DNA from: Acidobacteriota bacterium
GTDB lineage: Bacteria > Acidobacteriota > CAIWXX01
Direction: 5' to 3'
Assembly: GCA_040755995.1 (NCBI GenBank)
Contig: JBFMAF010000018.1
Span: forward strand, 64,001 to 128,000
DNA: 64,000 bases
Shown here: one piece after another, positions 48,195 through 58,258 of the stretch
Position numbering within the stretch: the first letter of the stretch is position 1
Layout: each line of letters starts with the position of its first letter
Translations under genes and position numbers: made by a program
Notes under the pieces: generated by a model
The model's database searches: none
Told to the model about the DNA's origin: nothing
What the model saw: only the letters and a program-made list of their open reading frames with translations

Positions 48195-49199
48195 ATGGCG
48201 GAAAAGGTGAAAATCGCCGTCAACTGGGCCGGCGCCTGCGGCGGATGCGACGTCTCGATCCTCGACATCGAAGGAAAGCTGCTCGATCTGGCCGCTGTAG
48301 CCGACGTCGTCTACTGGCCTGTCGCGATGGACTTCAAGCGAAAGGACCTGGAATCATACGGCCGGGGAGAGATCGACGTAGGCGTATTCAACGGGTGCAT
48401 ACGGACGAGCGAGCACGAAGAGGATGCGAAGATGCTGCGCGAGCGTTGCAGGGTTCTGGTGGCATTCGGTGCGTGCGCCGCGTTCGGCGGGATTCCGGGG
48501 CTCGGCAATCTCTTCTCTGCGGCCGAGATCCTCGACCGCGTCTACTCGGAGACGCCGTCGACGGAGAATCCGGAAAAACTCCGGCCGCTCACTGCCACGC
48601 CGATCAATGGGCACTCGCTGCAGCTTCCCGAGTTCCGAGAAAGCGTGAAGGCGCTTCCATCCGTCGTGGAGGTCGACTACATCGTCCCGGGTTGCCCGCC
48701 CACGATGGAGCGAGTGCTGGATGTGGTGCACGCGATCATCGGGTTTGCGCAGGACGGCGTGCTGCCGCCGAAGGGGACCGTCTTCGCCTCTGACAAGGCG
48801 CTGTGCGATTCGTGCGATCGCGTCCAGACTCGCACGGGAGCGCGGATGTCGCAGATCCGGCGGCCGCACGAGCTGATCGCCGACCCGAACGTCTGTTTCC
48901 TCGAGCAGGGGATCATCTGCCTTGGCATAGCGACGCGCGGCGGCTGCGGCGGCCCGTGCATCAAGGTCAACATGCCCTGCCGCGGCTGCTTCGGCCCCAC
49001 CGCCGCGATGCTCGATCCGGCGGCCGAGGCGCTCTCCGCCATCGGCTCCATCGCCTCGCGCGATCACGAAGATGATATCCCGGCAAACGAGCGGCTGGCT
49101 CCTATCCGAGCCATCGTCGATGTGGCCGGCACCTTTTACCGATTCACGCTGCCGGCCGCGGCGATTCCCGGCACGCTCAAGCACGTATCGAAAGGCTGA
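48195..49199 (+). CDS. mvhG: NiFe hydrogenase small subunit, MvhG-like (group 3c)
   Basis: CGGC, GACA..GG, PGCPP, C..C, CFLEQG.ICLG..T.GGC...C......CRGCFG; no Tat signal. Confidence 0.9.
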   Translation: MAEKVKIAVNWAGACGGCDVSILDIEGKLLDLAAVADVVYWPVAMDFKRKDLESYGRGEIDVGVFNGCIRTSEHEEDAKMLRERCRVLVAFGACAAFGGIPGLGNLFSAAEILDRVYSETPSTENPEKLRPLTATPINGHSLQLPEFRESVKALPSVVEVDYIVPGCPPTMERVLDVVHAIIGFAQDGVLPPKGTVFASDKALCDSCDRVQTRTGARMSQIRRPHELIADPNVCFLEQGIICLGIATRGGCGGPCIKVNMPCRGCFGPTAAMLDPAAEALSAIGSIASRDHEDDIPANERLAPIRAIVDVAGTFYRFTLPAAAIPGTLKHVSKG

Positions 49200-49206
49200 T
49201 ATCGAG

Positions 49207-50667
49207 ATGACAGAGCTGATCACGATTTCCCCGATCACGCGACTCGAGGGGCACGGCAAGATCGATCTCATTCTGGACAACGATGGAAACGTGGCCGATG
49301 CGTACTTCCAGGTGGTGGAGCTGCGCGGGTTCGAGAAGTTCTGCGAGGGCCGGCCCGTGGAAGAGCTTCCGAGGCTCATGCCGAAGATCTGCGGAGTCTG
49401 TCCGGGCGCACATCACATGGCGTCGGCCAAGGCCGCCGACGCCGTCTACGGTGTACAGATCCCGCCGGCCGCCCGCAAGCTCCGCGAGCTCTACTATAAC
49501 GCCCACATCGCCCATAGCCACCTGCTGCACTTCTTTGCGCTGGGAGCGCCGGACTTCATCATCGGACCGGACGCGCATCCTGCCCGCCGCAACGTGCTGG
49601 GACTTGTCGAGACGCCCGGCAAGGAGCTCGTGCTCGACGCGCTCCGCCACCGCGGCTACGCCCAGGAGATCCAGGGGATCATCGCCGGGCACCCGATTCA
49701 CCCGGTGGCTGCCGTGCCCGGCGGCATGGCGAGCCCGCTCCGAGAGGCCGACCGGGCCAAGATCGAGGCGATGGGCGAATCGATGGTCCAATTCGCGAAG
49801 AGGTGCCTCGCGCTTTTCGAGGACGGGATATTGGGGCGACCCGAGCTCGTGGACCTGATTCGCGCAGACGCGTATTGTCTAAGGACCCACTATGCGGGGC
49901 TGGTCGATCAGGGAGGCAGGGTAAATTATTACGACGGTAGAATAAAGGTCATCGATCCCACGGGTGGGGAGATCGTCACGTACGAGCCGGCGGCCTATCT
50001 GGACCATCTCGCCGAGCGGGTCGAGGCCTGGTCGTATCTCAAGTTCCCATATCTGAAGAAGGTCGGCTGGAGGGGGCTCGTGGACGGTCCGGAGAGCGGT
50101 GTGTACCGCGTGAACTCGCTGGCCCGGTTGAACGTGGCCGATGGGATGGCCACACCCGAGGCCCAGAGCGCCTACGAAGCGTTTTTTGCGTTTTTCGGCA
50201 CGAAGCCCGTGCACGACACGCTGGCATTCCACTGGGCGCGTCTGATCGAGACGATGTTCGCGTGCGAGATGGTGCTACGCCTGGCGCGCGACCCGGAGAT
50301 CACCGGCACGGAAGTGCGTATCGTGCCGTCCGGGAAGCCGTCAGAGGGGGTCGGCGCAGTCGAGGCGGCGCGCGGGACGCTGATCCATCATTACGTCTCC
50401 GATAGCCGAGGCGTCGTGAAGAAGGTGAATCTGATCGTGGCCACGGCCCAGAACAACGCCGCGATGTGCATGTCCGTCAAGAAGGCAGCTCAGGCGTTCA
50501 TTCGCAACGGCAAGGTCAGCGAAGGGCTGCTGAACCGCGTCGAGATGGCGTTCCGCGCATACGACCCGTGCCTGGCCTGCGCGACGCATACGATGCCCGG
50601 CCGCGCGGCGTTGGAGCTGCGCATACGATACGTCGACGGCACTGTAGATTTGCTGGGAGGACCCTGA
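49207..50667 (+). CDS. mvhA: NiFe hydrogenase large subunit, MvhA-like
   Basis: TRLEGHG, L1 KICGVC, L2 DPCLACATH plus cleavable C-terminal extension. Confidence 0.93.
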   Translation: MTELITISPITRLEGHGKIDLILDNDGNVADAYFQVVELRGFEKFCEGRPVEELPRLMPKICGVCPGAHHMASAKAADAVYGVQIPPAARKLRELYYNAHIAHSHLLHFFALGAPDFIIGPDAHPARRNVLGLVETPGKELVLDALRHRGYAQEIQGIIAGHPIHPVAAVPGGMASPLREADRAKIEAMGESMVQFAKRCLALFEDGILGRPELVDLIRADAYCLRTHYAGLVDQGGRVNYYDGRIKVIDPTGGEIVTYEPAAYLDHLAERVEAWSYLKFPYLKKVGWRGLVDGPESGVYRVNSLARLNVADGMATPEAQSAYEAFFAFFGTKPVHDTLAFHWARLIETMFACEMVLRLARDPEITGTEVRIVPSGKPSEGVGAVEAARGTLIHHYVSDSRGVVKKVNLIVATAQNNAAMCMSVKKAAQAFIRNGKVSEGLLNRVEMAFRAYDPCLACATHTMPGRAALELRIRYVDGTVDLLGGP

Positions 50668-50992
50668 AGCCCGCAGCCAGCCCTCCGGGCGGCCTCTATG
50701 CAGCGCGGCCTGAATCGAGCCCGCTCTGGCGAAGAGAGCTTCCTGTAACCAATCGCTGGTCCCGTTGTCTAAAGAGTGATTGAGGACAGCTCTCATGGGT
50801 ACTCTGGACCGGTCGCACAACAGATGGCGCTTGTGGGATGCATCCCGGGGCGTATGGGCAACCTGCCCTTGCACGGCGGAGGGCCCCTCCGTGGTACAGG
50901 TTCTTGCGGAATACGGTCCCGGCTTCTGCGATATTTGGATTGAGGGTGCGCGGGGCTGCGGGGCCGACGCGGTGCGTACGCGCGTTTTTCCT

Positions 50993-51018
50993 AGAACCGA
51001 ATTGAGCGGGCGAGCGTA
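50993..51018 (+). promoter_or_regulatory. Candidate ECF-sigma promoter
   Basis: AGAACC-N16-CGTA upstream of the DUF5916 gene. Confidence 0.45.
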
Positions 51019-51089
51019 CATGGGAGTAGTGGCTGGCGCATTGAGGGATCGTGCACGGTCATGAACGAAGCCTGGGATGGGTAGGGACA

Positions 51090-53747
51090 ATGATGAAGGG
51101 CATGTTCTGGTGTTTGCCGGCGCTGGCGATACTCAGCGCTGCGGCGTTCGCGAAGCCCGCCACTCTCGAATCACCGATAGATCAGAAGAAGTCGGTCCGG
51201 GCTCTCCGGCGGGACGGCCCCATCACCATCGATGGGCGTCTGGACGAGCTCGGCTGGACCGACAAGAACGCCGTGACGGCGTTCGTCCAGCGGGACCCGG
51301 TCGAGGGCGCCGAGCCCACGGAACGCACCCAGGTGGAGGTTCTCTATGATGACGAGGCTCTATACGTAGGCGCGCGGATGTTCGACTCGGCTCCGCATCT
51401 CATCGAGGCGCGCCTGGGACGCCGCGACGTCTCGGCCACCTCCGACGCGTTCTTCCTCTTCATCGACTCCTACCATGACCTCCGCACGGGCTTCTACTTC
51501 GGCCTGAGCGCCGCGGGCACCAAGTACGACGGCACGCTTCAGAACGACGGGTGGGACGACGACTCGTGGGACGGCGTCTGGGATGGTGAAGTCCACCGCG
51601 ACGATCGGGGATGGTCCGCCGAGCTGAAGATCCCCTATTCGCAGCTCCGCTTCCAGAAGGCGCAGGTGTACACCTGGGGGGTGAACTTCAAACGCGAGAT
51701 CGCAAGGAAGAACGAGAAGGTCTACCTCGTGTACACTCCCAAGAACGAAAGTGGGTTCGTGTCGCGTTTCCCCGAGCTTGTGGGGATCGAGAACATTTCG
51801 CCGCCGCGAAGGTTGGAGCTCGTGCCCTATGTCACGACCAAGGCGGAGTATACGAACCCCGGCGCCGGCGATCCTTTCGATGACGGCACGGACTACAGCC
51901 CGGGCATCGGCGCCGACATCAAAATGGGTATCGGCACCAACCTCACCCTCGATGCCACCGTCAATCCGGACTTCGGGCAGGTGGAGGTCGATCCGGCCGT
52001 GGTCAATCTGAGCGACGTGGAGACCTTCTACCCGGAGAAGCGCCCGTTCTTCATCGAGGGGGCCAGCATCTTCAACTTCGGCCAGGGCGGGGCCACCAAC
52101 TACTGGGGCTTCAACTGGGCCGGCCCGGATTTTTTCTACAGCCGTAGAATAGGACGGGCGCCGCAGGGAGCGACACCGGACAACGACTTCGAGGACGTCC
52201 CGGAGGGGGCCAACATCCTCGGCGCCGCGAAGCTGAGCGGGAAGATCGGCGGCGACCTGAGCATCGGAATGCTCAACGCCTTCACCGCCCGCGAGAAGGC
52301 GTCCATCGCGCTTGACGGGCAGATCGGCAAGGCGGAGGTCGAACCCGCGGCTTATTACGGCGTCTATCGGGGGCTGAAGGAGTTCGATGAGGCGCGACGG
52401 GGCCTCGGATTCATCACCACGGTGGCCGCCCGGATGTTCGACGATCCCGCGCTTCGCGACGACGTCAACAGCAGCTCGCTGGCCTTCGGCGTCGACGGCT
52501 GGACCTTCCTGGATCCCGGCAAGACATGGGTCATCTCGGGTTGGGCGGGGCTGTCGAACATCCATGGCGATTCCACGCGGCTCACCGATGTGCAGGAGGA
52601 CCCGCGGCACTACTTCCAGCGTCCTGATGCAGATCACGTCGAAGTGGATCCGAACGCAACCGCTCTCACGGGCTACGCCGGCCGCCTGTACCTCAACAAG
52701 GAGAAGGGCAACGTCTTCCTGAATTCCGCGATCGGCTTCGTCAGCCCGAAGTTCGACGTGAATGATCTGGGGTTCCAGTGGCGAGGCGATCAGATAAATA
52801 GCCACGTCGGAGGCGGCTACCGGTGGACGCAGCCGGGACGATGGAAACGCTATGCCGAGGTTCTCGGCTCGGTGTTCCAGTCCTGGAACTTCGGCGGAGA
52901 CACCACCTGGCAGGGCGTGTGGTCTCTCGCGTATCTCGAATTCAGCAATTACTATTCGTTCGAATTGAGGGCCGCATACAACCCGCAGACGCTGAATGAC
53001 CGCAGAACCCGCGGCGGCCCGCTGACGATCAATCCGACCGGGACTGAGGACGGCCTGTCGCTGAGGACCGACAGCCGCAAGCGGTGGGTCTTCAACCTGT
53101 CGACGTACGGCTACCGGTCAGAGGCCGGCCACGAGCGCGGCTACCAGGCCGGCGTCGAGTGGAAACCCCGGCCGGAACTCTCAGTGAGCCTGTCACCGGG
53201 ATACGAGCTGAGTCGCGCAGAGGCACAGTGGATCGACAACTTCGAAGACCCTCTGGCGACCCACACCTACGAGCACCGGTACGTCTTCGCGAAGATCAAT
53301 CAGAAGACCTTCTCGTCCAGCATACGCGTCAACTGGGCCTTCTCACCCGAGCTCAGCCTGCAGATGTACGTGCAACCGCTGGTCTCCGCCGGCCAGTACA
53401 TGGACTACAAGGAGCTCGCGCGCCCAAGCTCCTTCGACTTCAACCACTACGACCCGGCCGACATCCATGAGGAAGACGGCGAGATCGTGATCGATCCCGA
53501 CGGCCCAGGACCGGCCGATCCGATCCGCTTCGACGACCCGAATTTCAACTACCGGTCGCTCCGCGGGAACGCGGTGCTCAGGTGGGAGTATCGGCCCGGG
53601 TCGGCCATCTACTTCGTCTGGACGCAGATGCGACAGAGCGAAGAGGCTTTCGGCGAATTCCGCCTCCGGCAATCACTCAGCGACCTCATGCACACCAAAG
53701 CCGACAACGTCTTCATGATCAAGTTCAGCTACTACTGGACGCCGTAG
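51090..53747 (+). CDS. CBM9-like + DUF5916 exported/outer-membrane protein
   Basis: Signal peptide; IDGRLDE..W, W.AE..IP.SQLRF, TVNPDFGQVE.D, EKRPFF.EG, FYSRRIG, C-terminal K.SY.W. Confidence 0.88.
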   Translation: MMKGMFWCLPALAILSAAAFAKPATLESPIDQKKSVRALRRDGPITIDGRLDELGWTDKNAVTAFVQRDPVEGAEPTERTQVEVLYDDEALYVGARMFDSAPHLIEARLGRRDVSATSDAFFLFIDSYHDLRTGFYFGLSAAGTKYDGTLQNDGWDDDSWDGVWDGEVHRDDRGWSAELKIPYSQLRFQKAQVYTWGVNFKREIARKNEKVYLVYTPKNESGFVSRFPELVGIENISPPRRLELVPYVTTKAEYTNPGAGDPFDDGTDYSPGIGADIKMGIGTNLTLDATVNPDFGQVEVDPAVVNLSDVETFYPEKRPFFIEGASIFNFGQGGATNYWGFNWAGPDFFYSRRIGRAPQGATPDNDFEDVPEGANILGAAKLSGKIGGDLSIGMLNAFTAREKASIALDGQIGKAEVEPAAYYGVYRGLKEFDEARRGLGFITTVAARMFDDPALRDDVNSSSLAFGVDGWTFLDPGKTWVISGWAGLSNIHGDSTRLTDVQEDPRHYFQRPDADHVEVDPNATALTGYAGRLYLNKEKGNVFLNSAIGFVSPKFDVNDLGFQWRGDQINSHVGGGYRWTQPGRWKRYAEVLGSVFQSWNFGGDTTWQGVWSLAYLEFSNYYSFELRAAYNPQTLNDRRTRGGPLTINPTGTEDGLSLRTDSRKRWVFNLSTYGYRSEAGHERGYQAGVEWKPRPELSVSLSPGYELSRAEAQWIDNFEDPLATHTYEHRYVFAKINQKTFSSSIRVNWAFSPELSLQMYVQPLVSAGQYMDYKELARPSSFDFNHYDPADIHEEDGEIVIDPDGPGPADPIRFDDPNFNYRSLRGNAVLRWEYRPGSAIYFVWTQMRQSEEAFGEFRLRQSLSDLMHTKADNVFMIKFSYYWTP

Positions 53748-54349
53748 GCCGCTCGCGCCACGGTCTTGTCGGAGGTGTGTGACTCCAGGAGCGAGACGAA
53801 AGAACACAGGATCTGAACGGTCGGTCCCCCCTGGAAAGGGGACAGTCCCTGACGAAGATCCGTTCACGTCGACCTCCACGAATGCATAGGGGATGCTGCC
53901 GCATCGCGGAGGCCCCCTGATCCGGTGCTATCGTAGCCATCACATTCATAACGCGGTGCCGCGAGCAGCAAGGTTGTTGAGAAGGTCCTCCTGGTCGTGT
54001 TCGACGTCGTGATCATAAGCGATTCCATTTCGTGGTCGGTTCCGACGACAAGAACGATCACGACTACGACGACCCTTGTCCATGCCGGTTTGTTGTCGCC
54101 GGAACAGGGAGGAATAGGGAGACCTGGACACCTCGACACCATTGACAATCGCCTCCGGCTGTGGTGATAATCCTGTAAGTTCAACAGGCCGGCGCGTGCA
54201 TGAAATACAAGATGTGATCGGCGCGGGGCAGGCCGCCCAGACTTGGAGCCAGCGAATGCCGTGGGCACGCGTGGGCCTGCCGGAGCGTCCGGGGGTGAAG
54301 GGGGGTTGAGTCCGATGAGCGCGATCGGCGCGCACAGCGGGGTAGAAGA

Positions 54350-57300
54350 GTGATCCTCACCGGAGTCGTGCGTTCGTCCGGCCGCTTTCTTCCGCTGGCG
54401 ATCATCGTGTGCGGGGTAACCCTTTCGAGTATCGCCTTCGTGTCCGTGAGGGAAATGGAGGGGGAGAGGAGGCAGGCGGAATTCGACAGGGCAGTAGAGG
54501 CAGTGCATTCCGCCCTGAAGAGGGAAGTCGAATTCAACCTGCACGTAGTGGCATCGCTTCAGTCGTTCTGTCGTGTCTCGTTGCCGGTGACACGACCGGG
54601 CTTCGATGAGTTCGCAGCCGAGACTCTGTCGCATCATTCATCGATCCAGACACTCGAATGGATCCCGCGCGTTCCCGGCTCGCAGCGCTCCGCGCTGGAA
54701 GCCGCGGCGGAAGAGAGTGGGCTCCGGGGATTCCACATCTGGGAGAAGCGCCCGGATGGCGGCATTGTGACCGCAGCGGCACGGTCCGAGTATTTCCCGG
54801 TTTACTTCCTCATGCCGTACGCCGGCAACGAGACCGCGTTGGGCTATGACCTTGGATCAGATGCGACTCGAATGGAGGCACTGCAGCGCGCGCGTGACAC
54901 AGGGGCGCTTGCAGCGACGGGACGGGTGAGGCTGGTGCAAGGGACCGCCGGTGGATCCGGCTTCCTTGTCTTCGCTCCGGTCTATCATGGGGATACGCCG
55001 CCCGACTCGATTGAGGCTCGGCGGGAGAGGCTTGAGGGGTTTGCACTGGGGGTCTTCCGTGTTGGCGACGTCGTCGAGCAGGGAGTCTCGCGCGAAGGGT
55101 CGGCCGGGACTGACATTGCCGTCTATGACGGCGCTGAGCCCCGAGCTGACCGGAAAATCTACTATCGTGTGAGCAATCGACGACAACCGACTAGCTCACC
55201 GGGCACGGAGTCCGGGGTCGAATTGGACACGCAGCACTGGACGTGGAGAAGGCTGGATGTCGGAGGGAGGGAGTGGCTCATCCGGTATGGTGCGCCACCG
55301 CGGGCTGCCGCCGGCCGCTTCTCGTGGCAGTCGTGGGCAACTCTGCTCGCGGGGTTGCTTTTCACTCTGCTGCTTGGAACCTATGCAAGAGCCGTGCTCA
55401 GCCGCGCGGAAGATATTCAGAGGGTCGTGGGAGAGCGCACCGCGGAACTGACACAGGCGAACGAACAGCTGCAACGGGAGATCGCGGAGCGGCAGCGAAT
55501 GGAAGAAGCGCTGCGCTGGAACGAAACTCTCCTGCGGTCTGCAACCGACACGTCGCCCTTTGGCTACCTTGTTGTAGACAATCGCAGCGATGCTATCCTT
55601 TACTACAACCACCGATTCTGCGAGATATGGGGGATTGTGCATCTTGAGGAACCGATGCGGCGGGGGGAGCTGAAGAACAACTACATCATTAAGGACTGCG
55701 TCCGTCTCGTCGCAGATGTGGCGGCATTCGCCGAGGCATGCAAGCCGCTGCAGAGCGTGGAGAATCGCGAGGTCGTGGAGGACGAGATTGGCTTCGTCGA
55801 CGGGCGCATCATCCGCAGGTTCTCTTCACAGCTCCGGGACAGCGATGACCGCTATCTGGGACGGTTCCACATGTTCGAGGACGTCACGGCGCGCAGGCTG
55901 TCGGAGGAGCGCCTGCGCGACGCACACGATGCGCTGGAGAGACGCGTCCAAGAGCGGACTGCGATGCTGTCCGAGGCCAATGTGGACCTGAGGGAGCAGA
56001 TCGCGGAGCGCACGCGAGCCGAGAAGGCCCTGCAGTACCGCGTGGAAATAGAACGACTCGTCGCCTCCGTCTCATCGAGCTTGGCGAATCTCCCTGCGAA
56101 GGAGATCGACGATGGGATCGCGCGGGCGTTGCAGGCGATGGGGGCATTCAGCGGGGTCGGCCGTTGCTATGTGTTCCAGAATCGCAAGGGCGAATCCGCG
56201 ATGGATAACACCCACGAGTGGTGCGCGGAGGGTGTCCAACCCCAGAAGGACAAGCTCCAGGGAGTGCCCCACGACGCGATCCCCTGGTGGATGGACAAGC
56301 TCGGCCGGTTCGAGGCGATTCACGTCCCGCGCGTGGCCGATCTGCCCTCTGAGGCTGCTGCAGAAAAGGAGATGCTTCGAGCACAGGGTATCCAATCGCT
56401 AATCGTAGTTCCCATGGTCCATCGGGGATCGCTCATGGGTTTCCTCGGTTTCGACTCGGTCGAGCGGGAGTGCTCCTGGCTCGAAGAAGATATCCGCCTG
56501 CTGAATATGACTGGCCAGATCATCGCAGGAGTACTGGAACGCAAGCGGGCTGAAGAGGCGTTGCGCGAATCGGAGGAGCGATATCGGCTTCTCTACCAGC
56601 GCAGTCTTGCCGGCTTCTACCGCTCGACCCTCGACGGCCGGATACTCGAATGCAACCAGGCATTCGCTCGGATCTACGGATACGATTCACCGGAGGAGCT
56701 CACACGATTGCGTGCCACGGAACTCTACCTCGACCCTGAAGATCGCGACAAGTTCATTGCCAGTCTGCTGGAGCATCGAACACTGATCAACCTGGAGAGC
56801 ACAGGCCGGAGGAAGGACGGGCAGGCGATTCACATACTCGAGAATGTAAGCCTCATCGCACCTGAATCTGGGGGCTCGCAATACATCGAGGGGACTCTGA
56901 TCGACGTAACCGAGCGCAAGCAGCTTGAGGAACGGCTCAGGCTGTCACAGAAGCTGGAGGCCATCGGGAGGCTCGCAGGCGGGGTCGCGCACGATTTCAA
57001 CAACCTCTTGACGGCGATTCTGGGCTACAGCGGCTTCCTCGAGGAGACTCTCGGGTTGAACAGTCCGTTGCTGGAAGAGGTCGCCGCGATTCGCAAGGCG
57101 GGTGAGCGCGCCGCTGCCCTCACCAGACAGCTCCTGGCTTTCAGCCGCAAGCAGGTGCTCGCTCCCGAGGTCCTCGATCTGAATGCGGTCGTGACCGACC
57201 TGGAGAAGATGCTCCGCAGAGTAATCGGAGAAGACATCGAGGTCGCGCTGGTCCTCGGCCGCGACCTGGGTCGCGTCAAGGCAGACCCGGGGCAACTGGA

Positions 57301-58126
57301 GCAGGTGATCATGAATCTGGCTGTGAATGCCCGGGATGCTATGCCTAATGGCGGGAAGCTCATTATCCAGACACGCAACGCCGATCTCGATCGGAACTTC
57401 GCGAGGACGCACTCGCCGACCGAGCCGGGATCGTATGTCTTGATCTCCGTCAGCGACACCGGTATCGGCATGGACAGGGACACCCAATCTCACATCTTCG
57501 AGCCGTTCTTCACGACCAAAGAAAAGGGCGTGGGCACAGGACTTGGCCTGGCGACCGTGTACGGGATCGTCAAACAGAGCGGCGGGTACATATGGGTAGC
57601 CAGCGAGCCCGGCCGCGGGAGCACCTTCGACATCTATCTGCCACGACTGTGGGTCGAGGCGTCTGGGCCCAGAGCGCCAGCGACCGTCAGGGCCAGGCCG
57701 GAACCGGCTGGCGGAACGATCCTATTGGTCGAGGACGAGGACGACGTCCGCCGCCTCGTCGGGTCCATCCTCGATGCACGAGGCTACACGGTGATCAGCG
57801 CCGGTGGCGCGCAAGCCGCACTGGACCTCCTCGCCAGTCAGAGCCGAGCCGTCAATCTGCTGTTGACTGACCTGGTAATGCCTGGCATGAATGGAGTCGA
57901 CCTCGCCGCCCGTGTTCGGGCACTACGGCCGGGGATAAGGATCCTATATATGTCTGGCTACACGGAGGACAACCTCCTCCGCCGCGGGATCAGCGAATCC
58001 GGCCTGCCACTTCTGGATAAGCCGTTCACGGCCGAGAAGCTCGTCAGCCAGGTCCTGGCCGTCCTTCGCGAGACAGTCGACCAGGACACCTCCGCCGAGA
58101 TCGCCGTTCCCGGGCGGACAGAATAA
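54350..58126 (+). CDS. Hybrid sensor kinase CHASE-TM-PAS-GAF-PAS-HisKA-HATPase-REC
   Basis: YFPV....P..GNE.ALG.D; LAGGVAHDFNNLL; FEPFFTTK..G.GTGLGL; LLVEDE...LLTD.VMP...SGY. Confidence 0.95.
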   Translation: MILTGVVRSSGRFLPLAIIVCGVTLSSIAFVSVREMEGERRQAEFDRAVEAVHSALKREVEFNLHVVASLQSFCRVSLPVTRPGFDEFAAETLSHHSSIQTLEWIPRVPGSQRSALEAAAEESGLRGFHIWEKRPDGGIVTAAARSEYFPVYFLMPYAGNETALGYDLGSDATRMEALQRARDTGALAATGRVRLVQGTAGGSGFLVFAPVYHGDTPPDSIEARRERLEGFALGVFRVGDVVEQGVSREGSAGTDIAVYDGAEPRADRKIYYRVSNRRQPTSSPGTESGVELDTQHWTWRRLDVGGREWLIRYGAPPRAAAGRFSWQSWATLLAGLLFTLLLGTYARAVLSRAEDIQRVVGERTAELTQANEQLQREIAERQRMEEALRWNETLLRSATDTSPFGYLVVDNRSDAILYYNHRFCEIWGIVHLEEPMRRGELKNNYIIKDCVRLVADVAAFAEACKPLQSVENREVVEDEIGFVDGRIIRRFSSQLRDSDDRYLGRFHMFEDVTARRLSEERLRDAHDALERRVQERTAMLSEANVDLREQIAERTRAEKALQYRVEIERLVASVSSSLANLPAKEIDDGIARALQAMGAFSGVGRCYVFQNRKGESAMDNTHEWCAEGVQPQKDKLQGVPHDAIPWWMDKLGRFEAIHVPRVADLPSEAAAEKEMLRAQGIQSLIVVPMVHRGSLMGFLGFDSVERECSWLEEDIRLLNMTGQIIAGVLERKRAEEALRESEERYRLLYQRSLAGFYRSTLDGRILECNQAFARIYGYDSPEELTRLRATELYLDPEDRDKFIASLLEHRTLINLESTGRRKDGQAIHILENVSLIAPESGGSQYIEGTLIDVTERKQLEERLRLSQKLEAIGRLAGGVAHDFNNLLTAILGYSGFLEETLGLNSPLLEEVAAIRKAGERAAALTRQLLAFSRKQVLAPEVLDLNAVVTDLEKMLRRVIGEDIEVALVLGRDLGRVKADPGQLEQVIMNLAVNARDAMPNGGKLIIQTRNADLDRNFARTHSPTEPGSYVLISVSDTGIGMDRDTQSHIFEPFFTTKEKGVGTGLGLATVYGIVKQSGGYIWVASEPGRGSTFDIYLPRLWVEASGPRAPATVRARPEPAGGTILLVEDEDDVRRLVGSILDARGYTVISAGGAQAALDLLASQSRAVNLLLTDLVMPGMNGVDLAARVRALRPGIRILYMSGYTEDNLLRRGISESGLPLLDKPFTAEKLVSQVLAVLRETVDQDTSAEIAVPGRTE

Positions 58127-58258
58127 GGAGGCCGTGACTGTTCGAGTGTAGTTCCGGCCACGCCGGTAAGCGCCGATTCTGCGAGAACATCCCTCGGACT
58201 CCCGCTCATTCAGTAGCCACGACCTGCAAGGGTCAGGCAACAGGAGGCGCGGAGCGGC

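Noticed and set aside
45779..50667. Selenocysteine recoding in Hdr/Mvh subunits
   Set aside because: All metal-ligand positions are ordinary Cys codons in uninterrupted frames
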